A stretch of DNA of 64,000 bases from Opitutales bacterium (GCA_965226885.1 CBDDEL010000010.1:160001-224000); one strand, 5' to 3'. Counted from the first letter of the stretch, positions 8,878-20,402 are shown. Program-made: numbers and translations. The notes: a model not told the origin generated them from the sequence alone.

Positions 8878-11237
8878 CCCGGATATTTCGTAAAAAAGTA
8901 TCGTTGATATGCTTAACTGCTGATATACAGCAGAATAGATCAATAATTAAAGCAATATCAGCGATGACAAAAGGTAAACAATTAAAGCTACAGTTGACAA
9001 GGGTAAAAGGCCGCCGTGTGCGGGTTGATTTCAAGGGCGGAGAGGTTACTTCGGATGCCGGACTGCTTTTGATCCGGGAAGTGGATCGGCAGTTGGGCTT
9101 GACCGAACGAGCGGCCCGACAGTTAGTGGACAAACGGCAGAAGGGCAAAGTACGCCATGAGGTATTGGGGATGCTGCGGCAGCGCGTTTACGGGCTGATG
9201 AGGATTTGAACGACTTTGATACCCTGCGCCACGATCCATTGTTGCAAACGGTAACGGGGCGCATTGAAACGTTGGCCAGCGCGCCGACTTTGTGTCGTTT
9301 TGAAAACGGGCAGGATCGGCGGGCGGCCTTTGCGGTAAACGAGCTGTTGGTCGAACAGTTCATGGGCTCCTTTGCCGAGGAACCCGAAGAGATCATCCTG
9401 GACTTTGACGCCACCGACAATCCGGTGCACGGGCTCCAGGAGGGACGTTTTTTCCACGGTTATTATGATCATTACTGTTTTCTGCCGCTATATGTTTTTT
9501 GCGGTGATCAGCTGCTGGTGGCCTACCTGCGGCCGAGCAAGATCGATGCCAGCAAGCATGCCGGGGCCATCCTCAAATTGCTGGTTAAGCGGATTCGCCA
9601 AAGCTGGCCCCGTACGCGGATTATTTGGCGCGCCGACAGTGGATTTTGTCGAGACCGGATACTCTCTTGGTGCGACCGCAACGAAGTTAGTTACATCGTG
9701 GGGATGGCTCGCAATGCACGCTTGCAGCAAGACGCCCAGCAGTTGCAAAAGCAGGCCAAAGAATGGTTCGAACTAAGGGGTAAAAAACAACGGTTATTCC
9801 AGGACTTCGTCTATGCTGCCGATTCGTGGCGATGGCTGCGGTTGGTCATCCATAAAGCCGAACACACCGCACAGGGGTCCAACCCGCGCTTCGTGGTGAC
9901 GAACCTACCGGGCGATCCCCAGGAGCTTTACGACAAGGTATACTGTGGCCGCGGTGAAATGGAGAACCGAATCAAGGAACAGATGCAATTGTTCAGCGAG
10001 CGCACCAGCGCCCATCAATGGTGGGCCAATCAGTGGCGATTGCTCTTGTCGGCGCTGGCCTACACCTTGATGGAAGCCATGCGCCGGTTAGCCTTAAAAG
10101 GGACGAAGTGGGCGCGGGCCCAATGCCACACCCTGCGGCTCAAATTAATCAAGATCGGAGCGGTCATCGTGCGCAACACCCGAACGATTCACTTTCACCT
10201 AAGTGAGAGTTATCCTTGGGCCAGTCTTTTCAACCATGCGGCCCGCCGATTGGTGCCAACCTAAAGGGTGCATTGGTGCTGCCCCCGGCACTACCGAACC
10301 AATGGGGGAAAGGGGGCAGTGTCTCTACACCCTGAAAAACACCTAAAAATCAAGACGATCTGCTCAAAATACAAAGAAATCCGGTAGTGTTAACATGACG
10401 AATGTTTGATATTGCTGTTGTATTCCCAGATGAACAAGCACAGGACGCGAAAATGCATGACCAAAGACTTCGAGAATGACAGCGTTTTACGCACATAGCG
10501 TGACAGGGACTGTCGCAAGGTATTGTTCCAGCGTTCGATATGGGCGGTTTGGCCGGATTGTTTCCCGCTGGCGCTGTTGTGAGGGAAAACCTTGTCGTAG
10601 CTTTCCCAGTAATCGCTTACGGTGGCACAGTCGCGATAGGGCTGGGCGATGTTGTGATACAACTGCCAGCACGTTTGATCGCTACGATCACCCAGAGAAA
10701 ACCCGACGACCTGTCGGGTACGTCGACACAAGGCTACCCATAGCCATACCTGCCCCGAACGCTTATCGCCCCAGAATGACCACACCTCGTCCAGTTCCAG
10801 CACATCACTACACTGGCGGGCAAGCAGAGTGGACTCCAGCTTCGGCAAACTCAGGACTTTTTTTTAATCCATTCGATGACCGTCTTTGGGGCTACCCCGA
10901 AGGTACGGTAAATGGCACGCAGGCTCATCCGGTTTTGGTGCGCACGGAGCACCTGCTTGACCAGCGCCGGAGGATGCTCACGACTTTTGGGGTGAAGCCG
11001 AAACTGATAACCACACCCCTTGCATCGATACTTCTGAACCCCTTTCGGATCCTTGCCGTGCTTGATGATGTGATCGCTTCCGCATTGAGGACATTTTACT
11101 GTGATATGGACCATTCCCAGTTCACAACATAATCACGCTAAAAAGTACAGCCTAAACATTCAAAATGTTAACACTACCAGAAATCCATCTCCAATAGCAA
11201 TAACGAGCCAAACTTTACCCTTCATGAAATATCCGGG
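8878..11237 (+). mobile_element. IS1380 copy with a 10-bp deletion frameshift and an IS1-B nested in its 3' end
   Basis: Both IRs present; CTAG on both flanks; GTGGCGGGCT is missing at 9197/9198. Confidence 0.93.
10383..11178 (-). mobile_element. IS1-family type B, 796 bp (insA 10851-11114, insB 10390-10848)
   Basis: IRs GGTAGTGTTAACAT; 8-bp TSD AGAAATCC; zinc-ribbon InsA; DEVW...SDYW...ERWN InsB; A8G run with insB in the -1 frame. Confidence 0.95.
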
Positions 11238-11661
11238 CTAGCACTACTAATTTTCCACCGGAATTCAAATGAGAAGCAGCTTCAATCAATTCTGCGGCAT
11301 CATTCTCTATATGCTCAAGCACATCGATATATAAAATTGCATCGAATTTATCATTGGATTCCAAATCCTTTAGTGTTCCTGTCCTAACCTTTACGCCATC
11401 AAGGGCGGGATCGCTGAAAATCTTTTTTTTTAATTCATTTGCCAGATTGGAATCCGGTTCCATGGCTAACCATGAGGATTGATTCTCATTTTTTAATATT
11501 CGTGTTGTATTTCCCAAACCGGCGCCAACTTCTAGAGTATCTCCTTGTATTGCGTAAGATATAGTTGCTCGAAAATAGGACTTCCAATTTAATGCATGCT
11601 TAAAAACTTCAAGTTCTTTCCCGATATAGTTATAACTATCATCAGAGCTATCTTTAAGCAT
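11238..11661 (-). pseudogene. Class I SAM-dependent methyltransferase, C-terminally truncated by IS1380
   Basis: MLKDSS...LEVGAGLG...YIDVLEHIEND...GGKLVVL ending at CTAG and the IS end. Confidence 0.85.
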
Positions 11662-12634
11662 TCTCTTCCGCCCCCTCGAAAATTGGGTAGTGTATAAAAA
11701 AAGAATGTTATTTTGTATTTTTAGCTGTACAAATAGCGTTAGGCAGTTTATTTTTAGTGCATGGTTACTAAAATTATTAATTGTCGGCACTGTGGAAGTG
11801 AAAATATCATGAAATTTGGCAAGACGCCCAACCATAAACAGCGCTACCGCTGCCATGATTGTGGTAAACAAAGCCGCGAAAACCCCACAGTGAAATACAC
11901 CGAAGAGCAAAAAGAAATGATCCTTCGAGTCTATCAGGAACGCAGCAGTCTACGCGGTTTACAGCGCGCCTTCGGGGTGAGTCCCAACACCGTTTTGAGT
12001 TGGTTAAAAAAAACGACAATCGCTGCGACCGCTCAAAAGCACGATTCTTGCGGCCCGCCGCCATGATGTCATTGAACTGGACGAACTGTGGTCTTTTGTG
12101 GGGCGCAAGAGCGATGCCCAATGGGTTTGGATCGCTCTTTGCCGACGCACCCGTCAAATCCTCTCCTATGCCATTGGGCCTCGGGATTGGTATCGTTGCC
12201 GGGAACTTTACGAGCGTCTGCCACGGGCCTACAAAAGATGTGCCACCTACAGCGACTTTTGGAGCACTTATGATGAAGTCTTTCCTCATAACCGATCCGT
12301 GGGAAAAGAAACCGGTGAAACGACCCATGTGGAACGATGGAACAATACCCTGCGCCAACGACTGGGTCGTTTCACACGCAAAACCCTCTCCTTTTCCAAG
12401 CTTAAGAGTATGCATGAAACCTGTCTGAGACTTTTCATTCATCAATATAATCAAGAATTAGCCACCATTCCTACTTAATACACTACCGAAAATTGTTCTA
12501 CAATCAGCAATATAATCCGTATGATCCCTTGAGGGCATAAACAAAGATGATGAGCGATTGTTCAATATGAATAGTGTCATAATGCCGGCCAGTTGGATTG
12601 CCTGCAGGGAAAATACGATGAGTATAGCTGTTAG
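11655..12634 (-). pseudogene. C-terminal remnant of a probable GT2 glycosyltransferase, split by IS1-A and cut by IS1380
   Basis: Removing IS1-A gives LTAILIVFSLQAIQLAGIMTLFILNNRSSSLFMPSRDHTDYIADCRTIFEGAEENA*, overlapping the methyltransferase start. Family assignment is tentative. Confidence 0.5.
11686..12487 (+). mobile_element. IS1-family type A, 802 bp (insA 11761-12066, insB to 12478)
   Basis: IRs GGTAGTGTAT/ATACACTACC; 8-bp TSD GAAAATTG. Confidence 0.95.
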
Positions 12635-14201
12635 CCCGGATATTTCGTAAAAAAAGTATCGTTGATATGCTTAACTGCTGATATACAGCAGGATAGATCA
12701 ATAATTAAAGCAATATCAGCGATGACAAAAGGTAAACAATTAAAGCTACAGTTGACAAGGGTAAAAGGCCGCCGTGTGCGGGTTGATTTCAAGGGCGGAG
12801 AGGTTACTTCGGATGCCGGACTGCTTTTGATCCGGGAAGTGGATCGGCAGTTGGGCTTGACCGAACGAGCGGCCCGACAGTTAGTGGACAAACGGCAGAA
12901 GGGCAAAGTACGCCATGAGGTATTGGGGATGCTGCGGCAGCGCGTTTACGGGCTGGTGGCGGGCTATGAGGATTTGAACGACTTTGATACCCTGCGCCAC
13001 GATCCATTGTTGCAAACGGTAACGGGGCGCATTGAAACGTTGGCCAGCGCGCCGACTTTGTGTCGTTTTGAAAACGGGCAGGATCGGCGGGCGGCCTTTG
13101 CGGTAAACGAGCTGTTGGTCGAACAGTTCATGGGCTCCTTTGCCGAGGAACCCGAAGAGATCATCCTGGACTTTGACGCCACCGACAATCCGGTGCACGG
13201 GCTCCAGGAGGGACGTTTTTTCCACGGTTATTATGATCATTACTGTTTTCTGCCGCTATATGTTTTTTGCGGTGATCAGCTGCTGGTGGCCTACCTGCGG
13301 CCGAGCAAGATCGATGCCAGCAAGCATGCCGGGGCCATCCTCAAATTGCTGGTTAAACGGATTCGCCAAAGCTGGCCCCGTACGCGGATTATTTGGCGCG
13401 CCGACAGTGGATTTTGTCGAGACCGGATACTCTCTTGGTGCGACCGCAACGAAGTTAGTTACATCGTGGGGATGGCTCGCAATGCACGCTTGCAGCAAGA
13501 CGCCCAGCAGTTGCAAAAGCAGGCCAAAGAATGGTTCGAACTAAGGGGTAAAAAACAACGGTTATTCCAGGACTTCGTCTATGCTGCCGATTCGTGGCGC
13601 TGGCTGCGGTTGGTCATCCATAAAGCCGAACACACCGCACAGGGGTCCAACCCGCGCTTCGTGGTGACGAACCTGCCGGGCGATCCCCAGGAGCTTTACG
13701 ACAAGGTATACTGTGGCCGCGGTGAAATGGAGAACCGAATCAAGGAACAGATGCAATTGTTCAGCGAGCGCACCAGCGCCCATCAATGGTGGGCCAATCA
13801 GTGGCGATTGCTCTTGTCGGCGCTGGCCTACACCTTGATGGAAGCCATGCGCCGGTTAGCCTTAAAAGGGACGAAGTGGGCGCGGGCCCAATGCCACACC
13901 CTGCGGCTCAAATTAATCAAGATCGGAGCGGTCATCGTGCGCAACACCCGAACGATTCACTTTCACCTAAGTGAGAGTTATCCTTGGGCCAGTCTTTTCA
14001 ACCATGCGGCCCGCCGATTGGTGCCAACCTAAAGGGTGCATTGGTGCTGCCCCCGGCACTACCGAACCAATGGGGGAAAGGGGGCAGTGTCTCTACACCC
14101 TGAAAAACACCTAAAAATCAAGACGATCTGCTCAAAATACAAAGAAATCCATCTCCAATAGCAATAACGAGCCAAACTTTACCCTTCATGAAATATCCGG
14201 G
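12635..14201 (+). mobile_element. IS1380-family element, intact, 1567 bp
   Basis: IRs CCCGGATATTTC; flanks TTAG and CTAA are not a direct duplication. Confidence 0.96.
12722..14032 (+). CDS. IS1380 transposase (the only intact copy in the window)
   Basis: FKGGEVTSDAG, LDFDATD, RADSGF, RGEMENRIKE motifs; 436 aa from ATG 12722. Confidence 0.95.
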   Translation: MTKGKQLKLQLTRVKGRRVRVDFKGGEVTSDAGLLLIREVDRQLGLTERAARQLVDKRQKGKVRHEVLGMLRQRVYGLVAGYEDLNDFDTLRHDPLLQTVTGRIETLASAPTLCRFENGQDRRAAFAVNELLVEQFMGSFAEEPEEIILDFDATDNPVHGLQEGRFFHGYYDHYCFLPLYVFCGDQLLVAYLRPSKIDASKHAGAILKLLVKRIRQSWPRTRIIWRADSGFCRDRILSWCDRNEVSYIVGMARNARLQQDAQQLQKQAKEWFELRGKKQRLFQDFVYAADSWRWLRLVIHKAEHTAQGSNPRFVVTNLPGDPQELYDKVYCGRGEMENRIKEQMQLFSERTSAHQWWANQWRLLLSALAYTLMEAMRRLALKGTKWARAQCHTLRLKLIKIGAVIVRNTRTIHFHLSESYPWASLFNHAARRLVPT

Positions 14202-14648
14202 CTAAGGAGATACCTTAAATCGCTTGGCTATTCCCCAAATATTGCTGAAAAGCAATTGCTATCCCCCCTTGAACAGGCGTTTGAAACTATCCAAACCAAA
14301 AACGTCATTCAATACGATGGCCCCTTGGCCGGATATTTCCCCGGACCTTTGAAAGTCGGTGGCGGTAGGGTTCTTGTGACCAGTGGCCCGCAATTGATTG
14401 AAGCAAAACCCGGTGATTTCCCTTTGCTTGCGGGCATTTTGGAAAAAATGTTTTATAATCCAGAATCCGGTTTAGATCAAAGGCCTTATTTGTTTGGCTG
14501 GTTGAAAATTGCAATTGCCATTGAAGCATTAAATTTAGGAAACTTTAAACCAGGCCAGGCATTGACTATTGCAGGCCCACGGGATTCGGGAAAATCGCTG
14601 TTTCAAAATCTTGTAACCCTCATTTTAGGCGGGAGGGTGGCCAATGCC
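14202..14648 (+). pseudogene. Internal fragment of a phage/plasmid-type primase-helicase (SF3-like)
   Basis: Open frame LRRYLKSLG...YDGPLAGY...GQALTIAGPRDSGKSLFQ (Walker A), cut on both sides by IS ends. Confidence 0.65.
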
Positions 14649-14714
14649 GGTAGTGTATAAAAAAAGAATGTTATTTTGTATTTTTAGCTGTACAAATAGC
14701 GTTAGCCCGGATAT
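14649..14714 (+). mobile_element. IS1-A left-end stub (57 bp) fused to a 9-bp IS1380 end stub
   Basis: GGTAGTGTATAAAAAAAG...AGCGTTAG, then CCCGGATAT, then unrelated sequence. Confidence 0.85.
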
Positions 14715-14928
14715 ATTGAAGAAGAACCCAATGCAGTTACCGAACCAATCCAGGAAGTTTGCAGATTTTAGGGGGTGCGACCGCCAAGCAACCAAGGTCT
14801 TTTTAGTTTCTATGAAATATCAAACATACATTAAGGGGGTTATTAGCCCTGAAACTTCCCAAATACTAAAAAGACCTTGGCGGCTTGGCGGTAATTTGGT
14901 TGATTTTTGAGAATATGCCCTTTATCAA

Positions 14929-15141
14929 GTGTTTCCCCTTAGAAACCTCATGATGGTCGAGATCGCCCTTGTTATTATATTTGCCCTTTTAATATTGGGT
15001 ATGCTTCCCGCCATTGTGTTATGCCTTGTGTCATTTGTCGTTGTTGTAATTCAAATGGCTGGAATTATTCTTATTTCAATTGGCAAAATACTGAAATTCT
15101 TGTTTTCACCATTCCTGCGGTTGGGATTTTTTTGGCGCTGA
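14929..15141 (+). CDS. Small hydrophobic membrane protein
   Basis: 70-aa ORF that is almost entirely hydrophobic; no recognised family. Confidence 0.45.
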   Translation: MFPLRNLMMVEIALVIIFALLILGMLPAIVLCLVSFVVVVIQMAGIILISIGKILKFLFSPFLRLGFFWR

Positions 15142-15456
15142 GGTAAAGAATCAGGCCGCTTTCCACTCAAAAGGCCGACTATTGGTTAATCCATTCAGAC
15201 CGCCCAATCCCTTCAAGGAAATATCTATGAAAATCCTTATTAATGTAATCTTGATGTTATTTTTCTTTCATTCTGGGCTTTGTGATCCTCAGCCCATTGG
15301 ATATGACCCAACCTTGTTCACTTTAAGTAACAAGACTCAATCTCCAGCATATGAAAGAAAAAACAATATTTTTTATTTCAACAAATTCAATCTTGACGTG
15401 TACTGGATTTGTTGGACACGGGATTCTCTTATATTCATTGTTTATTGATTAGTGTG

Positions 15457-16374
15457 TCAGGCGGCTTGTTTTGGTAAAGGGTTTTGTTTTCTCGTTGCCC
15501 CCCATGGGGGGCAAATATTTTCCTCGAATTGGACTGGGCTTTGGTAACTCAGAGAGGAATGTTTGCGATATCGGTTGTAGAAGATTTCCACGTATTCGAA
15601 GACAGTTGATCGCAGTTCGCGCTCGTCGGCAAAGTGGCGGCCTCGAATCGTGCTGGTCTTGAAGCGGCCGTAGAACGATTCCATGGCCGCGTTGTCGTAG
15701 CAGTTGCCTTGGGCGCTCATGCTCGGCTTCATGCCTAGTTCAGAGACCAGCCTCTGATAGTCGTCGCTGGCGTAGGGGCTGCCCCGATCGCTGTGATGAA
15801 TAATCCCGGTGCGCAGTGTGCCGCGGGTCATGGCCGCGGCTTTGAGGGCCTTGCCAACCAGCTTCGCGTCGTTGTGGTTGGAAACGCTCCAGCCCAGCAG
15901 GCGTCGGCTGAACAGGTCCATCACCGTGGCCAAGTACATCCACCCGGCCAGGGTCCGTAGGTAGGTCGTGTCCGCCACCCAGACCTCGTCGATATGGGTC
16001 GGCTGGCCATGCTTTTTAAGCACATTGGGGCTGTAACCATAGGGATGGTTACTGTTGGTTTTTAATGGCTTAAAGCGTTTACTCTGGGTGCTTTTGATTC
16101 CCATTTCACGCATCAGACGCAGAGCCCGGTCACGGCCGCAATCGATGCCCTCATCATCCTTCAGATGGCGGTGCATTGGCCGATGCCCATAGCGGCCCTT
16201 GGCCTCTTTGTGTACCTTCAGGATCGCCCCCTTGATTCCCTCGTCCTCGATCCGCCGGGCCGAGGGCGCTCGGGGCCTCCAGCAGTAATAGCCACTGCGA
16301 CAAATCCCCATCGCCGAGCATATTTCCTCGATCTTGAAGCGCCCCTCGTTGTCTTTGACAAACTGGTACTTCAC
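15457..16374 (-). CDS. IS3 OrfB (integrase core, DDE)
   Basis: WVADTTY, HHSDRGSPY, GNCYDNAAMESF. Confidence 0.93.
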   Translation of the reverse strand: MKYQFVKDNEGRFKIEEICSAMGICRSGYYCWRPRAPSARRIEDEGIKGAILKVHKEAKGRYGHRPMHRHLKDDEGIDCGRDRALRLMREMGIKSTQSKRFKPLKTNSNHPYGYSPNVLKKHGQPTHIDEVWVADTTYLRTLAGWMYLATVMDLFSRRLLGWSVSNHNDAKLVGKALKAAAMTRGTLRTGIIHHSDRGSPYASDDYQRLVSELGMKPSMSAQGNCYDNAAMESFYGRFKTSTIRGRHFADERELRSTVFEYVEIFYNRYRKHSSLSYQSPVQFEENICPPWGATRKQNPLPKQAA

Positions 16375-16682
16375 TGTTCGTCCTTGGCAAAGTAGCCCAC
16401 CGTTTTTTTTAGTATCTGGTTGATCCGCTCCGAGCGGCGCAGCTCTTTGCGAAGACGATCTATCTCGGCCGCCATCTCCTTCGGACTGCTCTGTCGCTTT
16501 GAGGTGGCTTCGCCCTGCTGATCGTCCAGATAGAGCCTCTTCCACCTATACAATTGGTTGGTGTTGACCCCAAGTTTGGTCGATACCTCGGTGGCGCTCA
16601 GACCATCGAGTATCATCAGTTGAACTGCCTCATTTTTGAACTCTATACTAAAGCGTCTTCTTCCCATGCTTCGATTCTCCAT
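16371..16682 (-). CDS. IS3 OrfA (HTH)
   Basis: RRRFSIEFKNEAV...LGV...LYRW...ILKK. Confidence 0.9.
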   Translation of the reverse strand: MENRSMGRRRFSIEFKNEAVQLMILDGLSATEVSTKLGVNTNQLYRWKRLYLDDQQGEATSKRQSSPKEMAAEIDRLRKELRRSERINQILKKTVGYFAKDEQ

Positions 16683-17455
16683 TTAGGAGAATCTCGTGTC
16701 CACTTTTTCCAGTGCACATCAATCTTGCTGATTATGACAATGCTGGTTACGAAGAAATCAAAAAACTTTCACTGTACCAGATGCGCATCGTTATTGCATA
16801 TAGAGAAGGGAAAGCAAAAGATGAAAAAATTAAAGCCGAAAGGGTTCAATTAATTACTACTTTATATACCCTGAACCCTGATAAATATCCGTTGAAGTGG
16901 CTCAATGAATTATCTACGGCCCAGGTTAAGGGAATGTATGAAGCAGAAAAAATTCGGGGATTTCCTCAGCCCAAAAAGAAAGCAATATTGCCGCAACCCA
17001 ATGAAAAGGAAAATACACAAGTTAACTTTAACAACCTTTTCAAACCTTTATCGGGCTACAGTGTCGGCCCGATTTCTTTGGATGATTTAATGTCGCCAAA
17101 AACTCAGCAAAAAACCGGGGTTAATAAGCTGACCGCTTTAGAAAAGGTGTATTTGGAAAGTTGGGTAAGAAATGCAATGATAGGTGCGGTGAAGGAAACA
17201 GAGAAAAGATTACAAAAATAATATTTCTTCAATTTCACTGTTCAATATATTCACACGGTTCTGGGTATAAAATGTTAAAAAGAAGCGTTTGCCCTGAATC
17301 CCTTGTGAAGCCAATTTTCTCAATAATGGGCGCAGGCCATTGCCATTGCTTATGAAGCTTATGCAATGGTTTTGCCCTTGGGCCGTTCCTGCCAGGAGGC
17401 GGCCCTTTTCATTGATGGGGAAGGATATGCACCCGCCTGTTGCCAAGGTGGTAGG

Positions 17456-17811
17456 CTAATTGGCGGAGAGGATCGATTCGTATTTTGGTTTATCTACGAA
17501 GAGCAGGTAGAGATTGAACAGGAAGATAACCAAACCTGGGCCGATGCTGGAAGGGTCAAGGACCAGGTGAAAGAGGATGATATGAACGCTCAGAGGGGCC
17601 AAAAGAACCAGGGCCAGAGCAACCCACCTGCCCGCCAGGAGAGATAGGCCGACGGCAATTTGTAGGCCTCCGATAAGCGGGAAAAAGTAACTGGCATTAT
17701 TGAGAGCGCCGAGCAACGCATAAGCCTCCTCGGACATCTTGCCTTGGGGCATAAACTGGAGAAAAACATTTAAACCAAAAACGAATAACATAAGCCCCAA
17801 GAGCAACCTAG
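17456..17811 (-). pseudogene. DoxX-family membrane protein, N-terminus removed by IS1380
   Basis: RLLLGLMLFVFGLNVF...LALVLLAPLSVHIILFH; no start codon before CTAG and the IS end. Confidence 0.8.
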
Positions 17812-19379
17812 CCCGGATATTTCGTAAAAAAAGTATCGTTGATATGCTTAACTGCTGATATACAGCAGGATAGATCAATAATTAAAGCAATATCAGCGAT
17901 GACAAAAGGTAAACAATTAAAGCTACAGTTGACAAGGGTAAAAGGCCGCCGTGTGCGGGTTGATTTCAAGGGCGGAGAGGTTACTTCGGATGCCGGACTG
18001 CTTTTGATCCGGGAAGTGGATCGGCAGTTGGGCTTGACCGAACGAGCGGCCCGACAGTTAGTGGACAAACGGCAGAAGGGCAAAGTACGCCATGAGGTCT
18101 TGGGGATGCTGCGGCAGCGCGTTTACGGGCTGGTGGCGGGCTATGAGGATTTGAACGACTTTGATACCCTGCGCCACGATCCATTGTTAGCAAACGGTAA
18201 CGGGGCGCATTGAAACGTTGGCCAGCGCGCCGACTTTGTGTCGTTTTGAAAACGGGCAGGATCGGCGGGCGGCCTTTGCGGTAAACGAGCTGTTGGTCGA
18301 ACAGTTCATGGGCTCCTTTGCCGAGGAACCCGAAGAGATCATCCTGGACTTTGACGGCACCGACAATCCGGTGCACGGGCTCCAGGAGGGACGTTTTTTC
18401 CACGGTTATTATGATCATTACTGTTTTCTGCCGCTATATGTTTTTTGCGGTGATCAGCTGCTGGTGGCCTACCTGCGGCCGAGCAAGATCGATGCCAGCA
18501 AGCATGCCGGGGCCATCCTCAAATTGCTGGTTAAACGGATTCGCCAAAGCTGGCCCCGTACGCGGATTATTTGGCGCGCCGACAGTGGATTTTGTCGAGA
18601 CCGGATACTCTCTTGGTGCGACCGCAACGAAGTTAGTTACATCGTGGGGATGGCTCGCAATGCACGCTTGCAGCAAGACGCCCAGCAGTTGCAAAAGCAG
18701 GCCAAAGAATGGTTCGAACTAAGGGGTAAAAAACAACGGTTATTCCAGGACTTCGTCTATGCTGCCGATTCGTGGCGATGGCTGCGGTTGGTCATCCATA
18801 AAGCCGAACACACCGCACAGGGGTCCAACCCGCGCTTCGTGGTGACGAACCTGCCGGGCGATCCCCAGGAGCTTTACGACAAGGTATACTGTGGCCGCGG
18901 TGAAATGGAGAACCGAATCAAGGAACAGATGCAATTGTTCAGCGAGCGCACCAGCGCCCATCAATGGTGGGCCAATCAGTGGCGATTGCTCTTGTCGGCG
19001 CTGGCCTACACCTTGATGGAAGCCATGCGCCGGTTAGCCTTAAAAGGGACGAAGTGGGCGCGGGCCCAATGCCACACCCTGCGGCTCAAATTAATCAAGA
19101 TCGGAGCGGTCATCGTGCGCAACACCCGAACGATTCACTTTCACCTAAGTGAGAGTTATCCTTGGGCCAGTCTTTTCAACCATGCGGCCCGCCGATTGGT
19201 GCCAACCTAAAGGGTGCATTGGTGCTGCCCCCGGCACTACCGAACCAATGGGGGAAAGGGGGCAGTGTCTCTACACCCTGAAAAACACCTAAAAATCAAG
19301 ACGATCTGCTCAAAATACAAAGAAATCCATCTCCAATAGCAATAACGAGCCAAACTTTACCCTTCATGAAATATCCGGG
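17812..19379 (+). mobile_element. IS1380 copy with +1 A frameshift (1568 bp)
   Basis: TTGTTAGCAAAC instead of TTGTTGCAAAC at ~18189; both IRs present. Confidence 0.94.
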
Positions 19380-19590
19380 CTAACTTCGTTGCGGTCGCAC
19401 CAAGAGAGTATCCGGTCTCGACAAAATCCACTGTCGGCGCGCCAGATAATCCGCGTACGGGGCCAGCTTTGGCGAATCCGTTTAACCAGCAATTTGAGGA
19501 TGGCCCCGGCATGCTTGCTGGCATCGATCTTGCTCGGCCGCAGGTAGGCCACCAGCAGCTGATCACCGCAAAAAACATATAGCGGCAGAA
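19380..19590 (-). mobile_element. IS1380 internal fragment continuing the 5159-5905 copy
   Basis: Starts CTAACTTCGTTG, exactly where 5905 stops; truncated near IS1-A. Confidence 0.88.
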
Positions 19591-19600
19591 CGCAAAAAAC

Positions 19601-20402
19601 GGTAGTGTATTAAGTAGGAATGGTGGCTAATTCTTGATTATATTGATGAATGAAAAGTCTCAGACAGGTTTCATGCATACTCTTAAGCTTGGAAAAGGAG
19701 AGGGTTTTGCGTGTGAAACGACCCAGTCGTTGGCGCAGGGTATTGTTCCATCGTTCCACATGGGCCGTTTCACCGGTTTCTTTTCCCACGGATCGGTTAT
19801 GAGGAAAGACTTCATCATAAGTGCTCCAAAAGTCGCTGTAGGTGGCACATCTTTTGTAGGCCCGTGGCAGACGCTCGTAAAGTTCCCGGCAACGATACCA
19901 ATCCCGAGGCCCAATGGCATAGGAGAGGATTTGACGGGTGCGTCGGCAAAGAGCGATCCAAACCCATTGGGCATCGCTCTTGCGCCCCACAAAAGACCAC
20001 AGTTCGTCCAGTTCAATGACATCATGGCGGCGGGCCGCAAGAATCGTGCTTTTGAGCGGTCGCAGCGATTGTCGTTTTTTTTAACCAACTCAAAACGGTG
20101 TTGGGACTCACCCCGAAGGCGCGCTGTAAACCGCGTAGACTGCTGCGTTCCTGATAGACTCGAAGGATCATTTCTTTTTGCTCTTCGGTGTATTTCACTG
20201 TGGGGTTTTCGCGGCTTTGTTTACCACAATCATGGCAGCGGTAGCGCTGTTTATGGTTGGGCGTCTTGCCAAATTTAATGATATTTTCACTTCCACAGTG
20301 CCGACAATTAATAATTTTAGTAACCATGCACTAAGAATAAACTGCCTAACGCTATTTGTACAGCTAAAAATACAAAATAACATTCTTTTTTTATACACTA
20401 CC
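19601..20402 (-). mobile_element. IS1-family type A (no matching TSD; adjacent deletion likely)
   Basis: Both IRs present; the flanks belong to two different truncated elements. Confidence 0.94.

Larger units (their letters stand above)
15394..16721 (-). mobile_element. IS3-family element, 1328 bp
   Basis: TG...CA imperfect ~34-bp IRs; 4-bp TSD ATCT; A8 slippery run at 16403-16410. Confidence 0.95.
15227..17221 (+). pseudogene. Secreted hypothetical protein interrupted by IS3
   Basis: Signal-like MKILINVILMLFFFHSGLC. Removing the IS and one ATCT restores the frame ...FNKFN-L-ADYDNAG... to stop 17221. Confidence 0.75.
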
